DNA of 64,000 bases from Lachnospiraceae bacterium (lineage in GTDB: Bacteria; Bacillota; Clostridia; Lachnospirales; Lachnospiraceae). The stretch lies in assembly GCA_017517305.1 (NCBI GenBank), contig JAFWZV010000011.1, positions 38,192 to 102,191 of the forward strand, in the 5' to 3' direction. This document shows, one piece after another, positions 19,172-28,776 of the stretch. The notes under the pieces are model-generated. The model searched no databases, was not told the origin of the DNA, and saw only the letters and a list, made by a program, of their open reading frames with translations. Each line of letters starts with the position of its first letter. Position 1 is the first letter of the stretch. Both the position numbers and the translations under genes were made by a program.

Positions 19172-20698
19172 ATGAGAATAACTAATCAGATGATTACAGG
19201 CAACTCGCTTAGAAATATGCAAAAGAGTATGTCTGCAGTTAATAAAACTACACAGCAGATGACAACAGGTAAGAAGATATCTCAGGCATCAGAGGATCCT
19301 GTTATTGCAATTAGAGCACTGAAGCTTAGAACAACAGTTAATCAGCTTCAGCAGTATAAGGAGAAGAATATTCCTGATGCAACCTCATGGTTTGATATAT
19401 CCACAACCTCTCTTGATAACATTACTAAGAGAATAGAGGATATTACAACCTATTGTGTACAGGGTTCTACAGATTCTTTTAACTCAGATGATAGAAATGC
19501 AATAATAGATTCTTTAAAGCAGCTTCAGGAGATGCTTTATGAGGAGGGTAATTCAACCTATGCAGGTAGATATATTTTCTCAGGATACAAGACTGACAGA
19601 AGCTTAACATTTATAGATACAGAGGATGTAAGCAAGTATTCCTATGATATTACTCAGAGCTTTGATCCAACTGCTATGGATACAAAGAATGTAGTGTTAG
19701 ATGGTGTGGATTATACCCAGGTAGATGCTTATATTGATGGCTCAGTAACTTATGAAATACCTAATCCAGAGCAGGTTTACAGACTTAATCTTGCATATGA
19801 GAATATTACAGACACTAATAATGATGGTGAGAATGTACTTACCTTAACTGCTACTAATACAGCAGGGGGAGATATAGATCTCACCCTTGCAGTTACTGTT
19901 ATGACAGAGGCAGACGTGGATAATTACTACAATGTTGGTCCGGATGACATTCATCTTATAGAGGAAACAGGAGAGCTAATCTTCGGTGAGAATGTATATA
20001 ATACACTTAAGACAGCAGAAACTATAGATGTAACCTATGCTAAGACAAGCTTCTTAGCAGGAGATTTAAGACCTGAGCATTATTTTGATTGTACTCAGTA
20101 TACAGTACAGACTGATGGAAGTGTTAAGGAGGTAGATTACGATAGACCTGAAGAGGGACAGGCAATCTACTATGAGGTAAACTTTAATCAGAGTATTCAG
20201 GTTAACACAGAGGGTAATCAGGTTATCTCTGAGGAGATGAGCAATAATATCAACGACCTTATCTATGCACTTACAGATTTGACAGAGGCTGAGGAGGCAA
20301 AGGTTAGATTAGAGAAGATGTTAGAGGATGTACAGTATTTTTCTAGTGAAGAGGCGGTAGATCAGATTAACAGAATGATTAAGGATGTGGAAGCCGAGAT
20401 AGCTGTTAAGAAGGAAAATATGCAGAAGACCTTCTCCAATAATATTACAAACTTCCAGAATTATATGTCAGTGGTATCAGCTATGCAGTCAGATATAGGA
20501 AGCCGTATGAGTAAGTTGGAGATGATAGGTACAAGAGTTGATGAACAGTTTGCCGCATTCAAGGAGTTAAAGTCTAAGAATGAGGATACAGAGACAGATT
20601 CAGCAATTATAGAATTTAACCAAGCAGAGCTTGTGTACGAGTCAGCCTTAGCGGCTACAAGTAACATAATGAAAACTACATTGCTTGATTACTTATAA
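19172..20698 (+). CDS. flgL: Hook-associated protein FlgL
   Basis: MRITNQMIT, QMTTGKKISQASEDPV, NSTYAGRYIFSGYKTD, YESALAATSNIMKTTLLDYL. Confidence 0.93.
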   Translation: MRITNQMITGNSLRNMQKSMSAVNKTTQQMTTGKKISQASEDPVIAIRALKLRTTVNQLQQYKEKNIPDATSWFDISTTSLDNITKRIEDITTYCVQGSTDSFNSDDRNAIIDSLKQLQEMLYEEGNSTYAGRYIFSGYKTDRSLTFIDTEDVSKYSYDITQSFDPTAMDTKNVVLDGVDYTQVDAYIDGSVTYEIPNPEQVYRLNLAYENITDTNNDGENVLTLTATNTAGGDIDLTLAVTVMTEADVDNYYNVGPDDIHLIEETGELIFGENVYNTLKTAETIDVTYAKTSFLAGDLRPEHYFDCTQYTVQTDGSVKEVDYDRPEEGQAIYYEVNFNQSIQVNTEGNQVISEEMSNNINDLIYALTDLTEAEEAKVRLEKMLEDVQYFSSEEAVDQINRMIKDVEAEIAVKKENMQKTFSNNITNFQNYMSVVSAMQSDIGSRMSKLEMIGTRVDEQFAAFKELKSKNEDTETDSAIIEFNQAELVYESALAATSNIMKTTLLDYL

Positions 20699-20719
20699 AA
20701 TATTAAGGAGGGTGTTTAC

Positions 20720-21184
20720 ATGGTAGCAGAGACTAAATTTTTTGGAACTATTGATATTGAGGATGACAAGATAATCAACTTCCCTAATGGTATTATTGGA
20801 TTTGAAAATCTTAAAAATTTCGCTCTTATATATGATTCAGAGCGTGAGGAGAGATCTAAGATTAGCTGGTTACAGTCTATGGAGGAGCCACTTATGGTGC
20901 TTCCAGTAATTAATCCACTAGATCTTATGGATAATTACACTCCAACTATAGAGGATGAGCTTATGAAGAATATTGGAGATCCTGCAGATGCAGATTTACT
21001 TATATTCGTAACTCTTTCTATACCATCAGATATAGAGAAGATGACTGCCAATCTTAAGGCACCAATTATTGTGAATACTGTTGAGAGAAAGGCTATGCAG
21101 GTTATAGTTGAGAATCAGGAGTATCCTGTAAAGTTTAATGCTTATGAGGCCATAGAGGCTATGAAGCAGAAGGAGGGTGAGTAG
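20720..21184 (+). CDS. fliW: Flagellar assembly factor FliW
   Basis: [46 protein letters not shown]. Confidence 0.95.
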   Translation: MVAETKFFGTIDIEDDKIINFPNGIIGFENLKNFALIYDSEREERSKISWLQSMEEPLMVLPVINPLDLMDNYTPTIEDELMKNIGDPADADLLIFVTLSIPSDIEKMTANLKAPIIVNTVERKAMQVIVENQEYPVKFNAYEAIEAMKQKEGE

Positions 21185-21185
21185 T

Positions 21186-21401
21186 ATGCTAGCACTGTCA
21201 AGAAAGCAGGGAGAATCCATTATGATAGGCAGTGATATCGAACTCACTGTACTTGAGGTAAAGGGTGACCAGATTAAGATAGGAATTAATGCTCCTAAGA
21301 GTGTTCCTGTGTATAGAAAGGAAATCTATACTCAGATTCAGGAGGAGAATAGAGCAACAGCTGCGTCTATTGATATAGAGAGCCTTAAGAAGCTGTTTTA
21401 A
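21186..21401 (+). CDS. csrA: Carbon storage regulator CsrA
   Basis: [15 protein letters not shown]...[19 protein letters not shown]; start at ATG 21186. Confidence 0.97.
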   Translation: MLALSRKQGESIMIGSDIELTVLEVKGDQIKIGINAPKSVPVYRKEIYTQIQEENRATAASIDIESLKKLF

Positions 21402-21435
21402 CAGTTCTTTATGATAAAGGAACGAGGAATTTACT

Positions 21436-21516
21436 TTCTTGGCCGGCCTGCCTAGGGTCGGTCCACGCTGACACTTAAAACGGTCAGCTTAGTCCCGACC
21501 ACTGTCGCGGCCGGAA
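21436..21516. repeat. Structured ~80-bp interspersed repeat, copy 1 (inside a 150-nt hairpin 21402-21553)
   Basis: ttcttggccggcctgcctagggtcgg..gctgacacttaaaacggtcagcttagtcccgacc..tgtcgcggccggaa; recurs at 21567 and 62402. Confidence 0.9.
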
Positions 21517-21566
21517 GGAAAAGTATTCGCTCGTTCCTTTTTGTAAAGAATTGTATTGAGAAACTC

Positions 21567-21646
21567 TTCTTGGCCGGCCTGCCTAGGGTCGGTCCATGCT
21601 GACACTTAAAACGGTCAGCTTAGTCCCGACCCTGTCGCGGCCGGAA
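21567..21646. repeat. Structured ~80-bp interspersed repeat, copy 2
   Basis: Near-identical to copy 1, starting 131 bp downstream. Confidence 0.9.
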
Positions 21647-21771
21647 CAAAGTTTATTGGCGCAACCCATTTTGCTGTATATTAGAATAATGACGAAGTGT
21701 TAAAACAGATAGATTTGTAATAAATTTAAGAAAAAACAGGTAAAAATGTTGAGTTTTATTAGATTTAAGTA

Positions 21772-21799
21772 TAAAATTTATTTGTTAAGTTGTCGATAT
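21772..21799 (+). promoter_or_regulatory. sigma28 promoter of flaG-fliD-fliS-fliT
   Basis: TAAA-16 nt-GTCGATAT. Confidence 0.65.
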
Positions 21800-21888
21800 A
21801 AGAGATAGCAGAAAGAGGCTAATGCTGGGCGTATGCCTTGATAAGCCTATATAATAACTAGTTAAAGAGACATATAAACTTTATCATA

Positions 21889-21924
21889 TCCCAAAATAAG
21901 GAATGGGAACAATACACATGGAGG
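21889..21924 (+). promoter_or_regulatory. Candidate CsrA binding sites in the flaG leader
   Basis: tccca/tggga hairpin with AAGGA in the loop, and CATGGAGG overlapping the RBS. Confidence 0.45.
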
Positions 21925-21933
21925 TGGAAAGAT

Positions 21934-22371
21934 ATGGGAATTGAAAGAATTGGCGGTGCAGGTGCCATGAGTTATAGCACTAGCACACAGAAGGTAAGCA
22001 AGCCGGAGATACAGGTGACAGATATGGGGTCTGGAGCAACTACAGTTACACCAGACATAGTAGCACCTGTTATGACAGACTCAAGAAGTGGTTACTCACA
22101 GCAGGGTAATCAGGAGCAGCAGGCAGGCTTTGTTCAGAAGGACAAGGAGGTTACTTCAGAGCAGGTTAAATCAGCAGTTGATAACATCAACAATCAGTTA
22201 AGACGTACAAGCTGTAGCTTTAAGTATCACGAGGAGACTAACCGTATCTCTATAACAGTTAGAGATAAGGATACTGATGAGGTTATCAGAGAGATACCAC
22301 CAGAGAAGGCTCTTGATATGATAGCTAAGGCATGGGAGCTTGCAGGTCTTATGGTAGATGAGAAGAGATAG
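21934..22371 (+). CDS. flaG: Flagellar protein FlaG
   Basis: AVDNINNQL...FKYHEETNRISITVRDKDTDEVIREIPPEKALDMIAK. Confidence 0.93.
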   Translation: MGIERIGGAGAMSYSTSTQKVSKPEIQVTDMGSGATTVTPDIVAPVMTDSRSGYSQQGNQEQQAGFVQKDKEVTSEQVKSAVDNINNQLRRTSCSFKYHEETNRISITVRDKDTDEVIREIPPEKALDMIAKAWELAGLMVDEKR

Positions 22372-22387
22372 AAGGGAGAGATAGACT

Positions 22388-24334
22388 ATGGCAATTAGAA
22401 TGACAGGTCTTATTTCCGGTATGGATACAGAGGGCATGGTTAAGGAGTTAGTTCAGGCCAGCTCAACCAAGGTAGATAAGGTTAAGAAGGAACAACAGAA
22501 GTTAGAGTGGAAACAGGAGGCTTGGCAGGATCTTAATACTAAGCTTTATAACTTCTATAAGAGTGATGTATTCAACTTTAAGAGTGTAGGTACATATAGC
22601 TCTAAGAAGGCTACCTCAAGTGACAGCTCCAAGGTGAAGGTAAGCGCAGGCTCATCAGCGCCTAATGGCTCACATTCTGTATCAGTTAAACAGCTTGCTT
22701 CATCTGCTTATCTTACTGGAGGTAATATTAAGGCAGCAGGCAAAAGCTATGTTACATATGCAGATATAACTACATCAACTAATTTTGCAGATATGACAGA
22801 TGCTACAGGTAACAGCTTAGATCTTGCAGGCAAGACCATTACTATTGGTAATGGCAACGATACAGGGGATTTAACCTTTACACTTGGTGGTGATGGTGAG
22901 AATAGCGTAGCTAATCTTGCAGAGCTTAATAAGAAGCTTGCGGCAACTGAGGGCTTTGAGGGACTTAAGGCAAGCATGGTAGATGGCAAGATTACATTTA
23001 CTAACTCAACTGGCAAGGAGAACAAGGACTTTGCCATGGAAGGAACTACCTTTACCATTAAGTCAGATGCTCTTGGTATTGATGGTACTCTTGGATTTAA
23101 GCAGAATAAGGATGATGAAAATCACCCTACTATAGAAAGCACACTTGATGCTAATTATAGAAAGGAATTTGCAAGCTCTGATATTAACAGAGGCACAAAG
23201 CTTGCTGATATAGGAATAGCAGTTGGAACTTCCTTTAGCATTAAGGGTAAGGAGTTTGTGGTAGATGAGAAGACTACAATTGCAGACTTTACAGCAGGAC
23301 TTTCTAAGATGGGTGTAGGAGCTAGCTTTGATGCTACTCATGGAAGATTCTACATTAATGCTTCAGCTACAGGAGCTGAGAATGATTTCGATATCACATC
23401 CTCAGATTCTAATGCTCTTGAGATATTAGGTCTTGGAAGTACAGCTACTAAGGTTGATGCTCAGGATGCTATTATTGAGTACAATGGTGTAGAGTATGTA
23501 GGAGATAGCAATACCTTTAATATTAACGGTCTTACTATAACAGCTACAGGAGTGACTGGTAAGTATGATAAGGCTACAGGTGCATTTACAGATGATTCAC
23601 CTATCAGCATTAGTATAGCTCAGGATACCGATAAGATTTACGATAGCGTTAAGAGCTTTGTTAAGAAGTATAATGAGCTTATAGATGAGATGAACAAGCT
23701 CTATAATGAGAAGGGCACCGATTACGAGCCTCTTACTGAGGAGGAGAGAAGTCAGCTGTCAGATACTCAGATTGAGAAGTGGGAGGAAAAGGCTAAGCAG
23801 GGTATCTTAAGAAGAGATTCTACTATTAGCACCCTTCTCTCTAATATGAGAAGCATCCTTAATAAGTCAGTTAAGGTAACTATGGATGATGGCACAGAGA
23901 AGAGCTTTTCATTAGCGTCACTTGGTATAGTAACCGGTGATTACTCTGAGAATGGTAAGCTTCACATCTTAGGTGACGAGGATGATACAGCTTATGCATC
24001 AGAGACTAACAAGCTTAAGGAGGCTCTTGAAGCTAATCCAGAGATATTCCAGCAGGTATTTGCAGGAGGAGGTAGCAATCCTGGTATAGGAACACAGCTT
24101 TATGACTCACTTGCTACATCAATGAAGCGTACAAGCTCAAGTCGTTCCATGACCTTCTACGAGGATATTACCATGGAAGAGCAGATGAAGGATTATGAGG
24201 ACGAGGTTGACAAGTGGCAGGAGAAGCTTCAGAAGCTTGAGGATAAGTATTATGATCAGTTTGCAGCTATGGAAAGTGCTATGGCAGCTCTCCAGCAGCA
24301 GCAGTCATATATAGCAGGCTTAATGGGTATGTAA
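22388..24334 (+). CDS. fliD: Flagellar filament cap FliD
   Basis: IRMTGLISGMDTEGMVKEL, AQDAIIEYNG...SNTFNINGLTI, YEPLTEEER...WEEKAKQGILRRDS, YYDQFAAMESAM. Confidence 0.96.
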   Translation: MAIRMTGLISGMDTEGMVKELVQASSTKVDKVKKEQQKLEWKQEAWQDLNTKLYNFYKSDVFNFKSVGTYSSKKATSSDSSKVKVSAGSSAPNGSHSVSVKQLASSAYLTGGNIKAAGKSYVTYADITTSTNFADMTDATGNSLDLAGKTITIGNGNDTGDLTFTLGGDGENSVANLAELNKKLAATEGFEGLKASMVDGKITFTNSTGKENKDFAMEGTTFTIKSDALGIDGTLGFKQNKDDENHPTIESTLDANYRKEFASSDINRGTKLADIGIAVGTSFSIKGKEFVVDEKTTIADFTAGLSKMGVGASFDATHGRFYINASATGAENDFDITSSDSNALEILGLGSTATKVDAQDAIIEYNGVEYVGDSNTFNINGLTITATGVTGKYDKATGAFTDDSPISISIAQDTDKIYDSVKSFVKKYNELIDEMNKLYNEKGTDYEPLTEEERSQLSDTQIEKWEEKAKQGILRRDSTISTLLSNMRSILNKSVKVTMDDGTEKSFSLASLGIVTGDYSENGKLHILGDEDDTAYASETNKLKEALEANPEIFQQVFAGGGSNPGIGTQLYDSLATSMKRTSSSRSMTFYEDITMEEQMKDYEDEVDKWQEKLQKLEDKYYDQFAAMESAMAALQQQQSYIAGLMGM

Positions 24335-24341
24335 TTTATAA

Positions 24342-24367
24342 GGGACTGACCTTAAAGGGTCAGTCCC
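24342..24367 (+). other. GC-rich hairpin between fliD and fliS without U-tract (possible mRNA stabiliser/attenuator)
   Basis: gggactgacc-ttaaag-ggtcagtccc perfect 10-bp stem, followed by cataac. Confidence 0.55.
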
Positions 24368-24394
24368 CATAACTAGAATTGGGAGGTACATTAT

Positions 24395-24793
24395 ATGGCA
24401 GCATATAATGCAGCGAAGGCATACGGTAATAATAAGGTACTTACAGCTTCACCGGCTGAGCTTACACTGATGCTCTATGATGGAGCGGTAAAGTTTGCTA
24501 ACAAGGCGGTAGATGCTTTGGAGAAGCAGGACTACGAGAATACTAATATTAATATTCAAAGATGTAGAGCTATAATTGTAGAGCTTATGACTACACTTGA
24601 TTTTAAGTATCCTGTTGCGGAGGACTTTAAGAGAATGTATGACTATATCTTTAATCTATTAGTTAAGGCTAATATGGAGAAGGATATGGAAACCTTACAG
24701 AAGGCCTTAGAGGAAATTCGTGGTATGAGAGATGTGTGGAAGGAAGTTATGGCTAAGGCCAAGGGTCCACAGCTTGTGTTAGATACTAATTAG
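24395..24793 (+). CDS. fliS: Flagellin chaperone FliS
   Basis: VLTASPAELTLMLYDGAVKF, IIVELMTTLDF, EEIRGMRDVWKEV. Confidence 0.96.
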   Translation: MAAYNAAKAYGNNKVLTASPAELTLMLYDGAVKFANKAVDALEKQDYENTNINIQRCRAIIVELMTTLDFKYPVAEDFKRMYDYIFNLLVKANMEKDMETLQKALEEIRGMRDVWKEVMAKAKGPQLVLDTN

Positions 24794-24812
24794 TTCAAAG
24801 CGAGGTGTTCTT

Positions 24813-25295
24813 ATGAACCAGACAGGAACATATGTAACTATAATGAAGGAATCTCTGGTGAGGAAGAAAAACTATTTGCAGGAGATTCTGGATTTAACTA
24901 ATAAGCAGGGAGAACTGGCAAGCGCTCAGGAATTTGATGAGGAAGCCTTTGGTGCTATAGTAGAGAAGAAGGATATCCTTATATCTAATGTTAATGAGAT
25001 TGACAAGGGTTTTACTGCAGTATATGAGAGAGTTCGCAGTGAGATAATTCAGGATAAGGAGCTATACAAGGTTCAGCTTAAAGATATTCAGGAGTCTATA
25101 AAGCAGTGTGTGGACCTTGGAATGTCTATAGAAAGTGCAGAGCTTAGGAACAAATCAGCATTAGAGACAGCCTTCGCCAAAAGCTTTAGAGGAGTTAAGC
25201 AGCTGAAGCAGTCTAAGCAGGTGGTTAATAAGTATTATAAGTCCATGTCCAATGGTATGGTGAACGATTCTATATTATATGATAGAAAAAAATAA
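24813..25295 (+). CDS. FliT/FlgN-like flagellar export chaperone
   Basis: Helical 160-aa protein directly after fliS, the fliT position. Confidence 0.55.
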   Translation: MNQTGTYVTIMKESLVRKKNYLQEILDLTNKQGELASAQEFDEEAFGAIVEKKDILISNVNEIDKGFTAVYERVRSEIIQDKELYKVQLKDIQESIKQCVDLGMSIESAELRNKSALETAFAKSFRGVKQLKQSKQVVNKYYKSMSNGMVNDSILYDRKK

Positions 25296-25333
25296 TTTTT
25301 TAAAAAAATTTTAAAAAAATGTATAAAAAGGGG

Positions 25334-25360
25334 TTAAGTATATAAAAAAGACTCCGATAT
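25334..25360 (+). promoter_or_regulatory. sigma28 promoter of flagellin
   Basis: TTAA-15 nt-TCCGATAT preceded by an A/T-rich UP-like tract. Confidence 0.85.
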
Positions 25361-25449
25361 ATATAATGTAAGGAACAAAAACAAACAAAACCTTACAAAA
25401 TCAACTTAGGTAGTTACCCTTTAAGGGAATTACATATAACATTTTAACG

Positions 25450-25504
25450 GTGGCAAGGACCACTAGTACATGTCGCAAGGAAGCGACATTATATTCAAGG
25501 AGGA
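25450..25504 (+). promoter_or_regulatory. CsrA binding sites in flagellin 5' UTR
   Basis: gtgg-CAAGGA-ccac and atgtcgc-AAGGAA-gcgacat hairpins with GGA in the loops, plus CAAGGAGGA at the RBS; fliW-csrA nearby. Confidence 0.75.
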
Positions 25505-25510
25505 ATTATT

Positions 25511-26323
25511 ATGGTAGTACAGCACAACATGCAGGCAATCAACACTAACAGAATGTTAGGACAGAACGTTAAGGCAGTAGCAAAGTCAACAGAGAAGTTA
25601 TCATCAGGTTACAGAGTTAACAGAGCAGCTGATGATGCAGCAGGTCTTTCAATTTCTGAGAAGATGAGAAATCAGATTAGAGGAATCAACCAGGCAGTTA
25701 CTAACGCTGAGGATGGTGTATCACTTATCCAGACTGCAGAAGGTAACTTAAATGAGGTTCACTCAATCCTTCAGAGAATGGGCGAGCTTGCAACTAAGGC
25801 AGCTAACGACGTTAACGCAACTGAGGATCGTAACGCTATCCAGAAGGAAATCGATGAGCTTTCATCAGAGATCGATGAGATCGCTAGAAAGGCTGAGTTC
25901 AACGGAACATCTCTTCTTAACGGTTCATTCACAGGCAAGAAGCTTCAGGTAGGAGCTAAGTCAGGTGAGACTATGGATATCGATATCGAGGAGATTTCAG
26001 CATCTATCCTTTTAGGTGGTGCAGTTGAGGTTGGATCACACACAAGTGCTTCAACAGCTATGACTAACATCAGAAGTGCAATCATTAAGGTTTCTGATTA
26101 CAGAGCAACTCTTGGTGCTAAGCAGAACAGACTTGAGTACACTATCAACAACCTTGAGAACTACTCAGAGAACTTAACATCAGCTGAGTCAACAATCAGA
26201 GATACTGATATGGCATCAGAGATGACTAACTACACTAAGACTAGCATTCTCCAGCAGGCTGCACAGTCAATGCTTGCACAGGCAAATCAGTCTACTCAGG
26301 GTGTACTTTCACTTATTCAGTAA
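25511..26323 (+). CDS. fliC: Flagellin, minimal D0/D1-only type (270 aa)
   Basis: MVVQHN...EKLSSGYRVNRAADDAAGLSISEKMR; RATLGAKQNRLEYTINNL...ESTIRDTDMASEM...QAAQSMLAQANQ. Confidence 0.98.
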   Translation: MVVQHNMQAINTNRMLGQNVKAVAKSTEKLSSGYRVNRAADDAAGLSISEKMRNQIRGINQAVTNAEDGVSLIQTAEGNLNEVHSILQRMGELATKAANDVNATEDRNAIQKEIDELSSEIDEIARKAEFNGTSLLNGSFTGKKLQVGAKSGETMDIDIEEISASILLGGAVEVGSHTSASTAMTNIRSAIIKVSDYRATLGAKQNRLEYTINNLENYSENLTSAESTIRDTDMASEMTNYTKTSILQQAAQSMLAQANQSTQGVLSLIQ

Positions 26324-26345
26324 TTAACATTATTGAACCAAATAT

Positions 26346-26376
26346 AGCTGGCTCGCTTGCGAGCCAGCTTGTTTTG
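26346..26376 (+). terminator. Intrinsic terminator after flagellin
   Basis: agctggctcg-cttg-cgagccagct then tgtttt. Confidence 0.85.
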
Positions 26377-26395
26377 GTTATAGGGGGTTTATGGT

Positions 26396-28729
26396 ATGGA
26401 ATTTCCAAAGGGATATTTTGAGGATGAGATACGAGAGGGATTTTATGTATCCGGTATGATTAAAAGAACCTGGGCAGCTCAGTTAGAGGTGCTTAAGGTT
26501 ATTGATGATATATGTAAGAAGCACGATATAAGATGGTTCGCCGATTGTGGAACCTTGCTTGGGGCAGTTAGACATAGTGGTTATATCCCTTGGGATGATG
26601 ATCTTGATATTTGTATGCTTAGAGATGAATATACCAGATTTAACAAGATTGTTCAAAGAGAGCTTCCAGAAGGATATGTATGGCTAAATTTTGATAATGA
26701 TAAGGATACATATTATGAGCACATTACCAGAATAGCTAACAGCCATAGACTTAATTTTGATAAGGATTATTTAGAGAAATATCACGATTGTGCCTATTCG
26801 GTAGGCGTGGATATATTTCCGCTGGATTACCTATGTGAGGATGAGGAAAAGGAAAGAGAGAGACAGGAGCTTGCAAAGGTTACCATGCTGACAGCTGGAT
26901 CTATAAGCAAAGATAATGATAATTTAGAAGAATGTAAGGATGTTTTAAGAGATATAGAGAGATTATGTGGAGTTAAGTTTAATTATAAGAAGAATGTGAA
27001 GCAACAATTATTTAAGCTTACTGATAGGTTGTTTTCAAAATATACAAATACCGAAAGTAAGTATGTTGCCCTTATGCACTTTTGGGTGCAGGATGGTGAT
27101 CACAAGTATCCAGTGGAGTATTTTAAGGATGCTATTATGATGCCCTTTGAGAACACAGAGCTTCCCGTTCCAGTGGCCTATGATGGAGTTCTCCGTATTG
27201 AATACGGAGATTATATGAAGATCTGTAGACAGGGAGGCGCCCATGGTTATCCTTACTTTGAGGGTCAGGAAAAATTTCTGATGAAGCTACTTCCTGACTA
27301 TCATTTTAAGTATACATTTAAAAAAGAGGATTTGGAAAATCCTGTAAGAGATTCTTATGTAAGCCCTAAGAAGCAGGCTGAGGATTTTGTTGGCCTAATG
27401 AGTCAGGCTCATGCTGTAGTGCTTAAGTCTATAATGGGCAAACAGTATGATGCGGCTAACCAGCTTCTTATGTCCTGTCAGGATAGTGCCATTAAGATAG
27501 GAACATTGCTTGAGGAGCATTACGGACTAGGTTTTGCCACAGTGGGACATTTGGAGCAGTATTGTGAGGTTATATATCAGGTGTTCGAGATGGTGCATCA
27601 GGTTAGTCAAAATCCGGATAGCTATATCGATGTGGAGGATTTGGACAGCTTCTTACATGAGGTTCTGGTTAATATAGCTGTAAGTATAGAGCAGGATATA
27701 CCTAAGAATAAGAAGATATTATTCATAGGCTGCAAGGCTGATGCATGGGATGCATTTGACAGTGTGTGGAGAGCGGCAAAGGATGAACCTGAAACCTCAG
27801 TTTATGTTATGCCGGTGCCATATTATGAGCGTAATGCTGTAGGTGGCAGTAAGGCTATGCATTATGAGGGTGACTTGTATCCTGAATATTTGGATATAGT
27901 AAACTATGAGGAGTATGATATAGCCAAGGAGCATCCGGATGTAATATTTATCCAGAATCCCTATGATGAGTGTAATTATACTACAAATATTATGCCAGCC
28001 TTTTATTCGGAGAGATTAAAAGGACTTACTGATAAGCTGATTTATATCCCTTGGTTTAAGCTTACAGAGCTTGGGGATGGAGAAGAAAAGCCTAGAAAGA
28101 CTATGGATTATTTCTGTAAGGTGCCAGGGGTGGTTCATGCAGATATAGTTATAGTTCAGTCTGAGCAGATGCGCAGAGAATATATAGAATGCTTGACAGA
28201 GTTTGCAGGAGAGGATACAAGAGAAATCTGGGAAAAGAAGATAGTTGGTCTTGGTACTCCTTTGGATGATGCAGAGCAGAAGAAATTTGCGTCTGTGGAT
28301 AAAATATCATTGGTGTCAGAGGCGCCTGAGGCTTGGAAGAAGGTTTTACTTAGAGGGGATGGGGAGCTTAAGAAGAGTATATTATATAACACCTCAGTGG
28401 CTGCGTTTATGCAGTATGGAGAGAAAATGTTAGATAAGGTTGAGAGAACATTGCCAGTCTTTGAGGAGAACAAGGAGGAGATTGCTCTTATATGGAGACC
28501 TCATCCTAAGCTTGCAGAATCAATTAAGTCCTTAAAGCCTGAGCTGTTTGATAGATACAATTCTGTGGTGGAGAGCTTTAAGAATGCCGGCTGGGGAATA
28601 TATGATGATTCTGCAGATATGGAAACAGCTATACAGCTTTGTGACGCATATTATGGTGATTCTGATGGTGTGGCGCATAAGTGTGAGACCTTAGGTAAGC
28701 CGGTGATGTTACAGAATGTGGAGATGTAG
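26396..28729 (+). CDS. LicD-family phosphotransferase fused to helical linker and C-terminal GT-B/TagF-like domain (paralog 1)
   Basis: WFADCGTLLGAVRHSGYIPWDDDLDICMLR and GVDIFPLD LicD motifs; C-terminal HPDVIFIQNPYD, WRPHP, CDAYYGDS. Confidence 0.85.
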   Translation: MEFPKGYFEDEIREGFYVSGMIKRTWAAQLEVLKVIDDICKKHDIRWFADCGTLLGAVRHSGYIPWDDDLDICMLRDEYTRFNKIVQRELPEGYVWLNFDNDKDTYYEHITRIANSHRLNFDKDYLEKYHDCAYSVGVDIFPLDYLCEDEEKERERQELAKVTMLTAGSISKDNDNLEECKDVLRDIERLCGVKFNYKKNVKQQLFKLTDRLFSKYTNTESKYVALMHFWVQDGDHKYPVEYFKDAIMMPFENTELPVPVAYDGVLRIEYGDYMKICRQGGAHGYPYFEGQEKFLMKLLPDYHFKYTFKKEDLENPVRDSYVSPKKQAEDFVGLMSQAHAVVLKSIMGKQYDAANQLLMSCQDSAIKIGTLLEEHYGLGFATVGHLEQYCEVIYQVFEMVHQVSQNPDSYIDVEDLDSFLHEVLVNIAVSIEQDIPKNKKILFIGCKADAWDAFDSVWRAAKDEPETSVYVMPVPYYERNAVGGSKAMHYEGDLYPEYLDIVNYEEYDIAKEHPDVIFIQNPYDECNYTTNIMPAFYSERLKGLTDKLIYIPWFKLTELGDGEEKPRKTMDYFCKVPGVVHADIVIVQSEQMRREYIECLTEFAGEDTREIWEKKIVGLGTPLDDAEQKKFASVDKISLVSEAPEAWKKVLLRGDGELKKSILYNTSVAAFMQYGEKMLDKVERTLPVFEENKEEIALIWRPHPKLAESIKSLKPELFDRYNSVVESFKNAGWGIYDDSADMETAIQLCDAYYGDSDGVAHKCETLGKPVMLQNVEM

Positions 28730-28776
28730 GAAAAGAGAATAGATACGGGCTAGTATTTTGTGGGGCAATCTGCGGG

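Noticed and set aside
21436-21646. Tandem repeat pair as a CRISPR array
   Set aside because: Only two adjacent units, the repeat is ~80 bp and highly structured, and no cas genes are present
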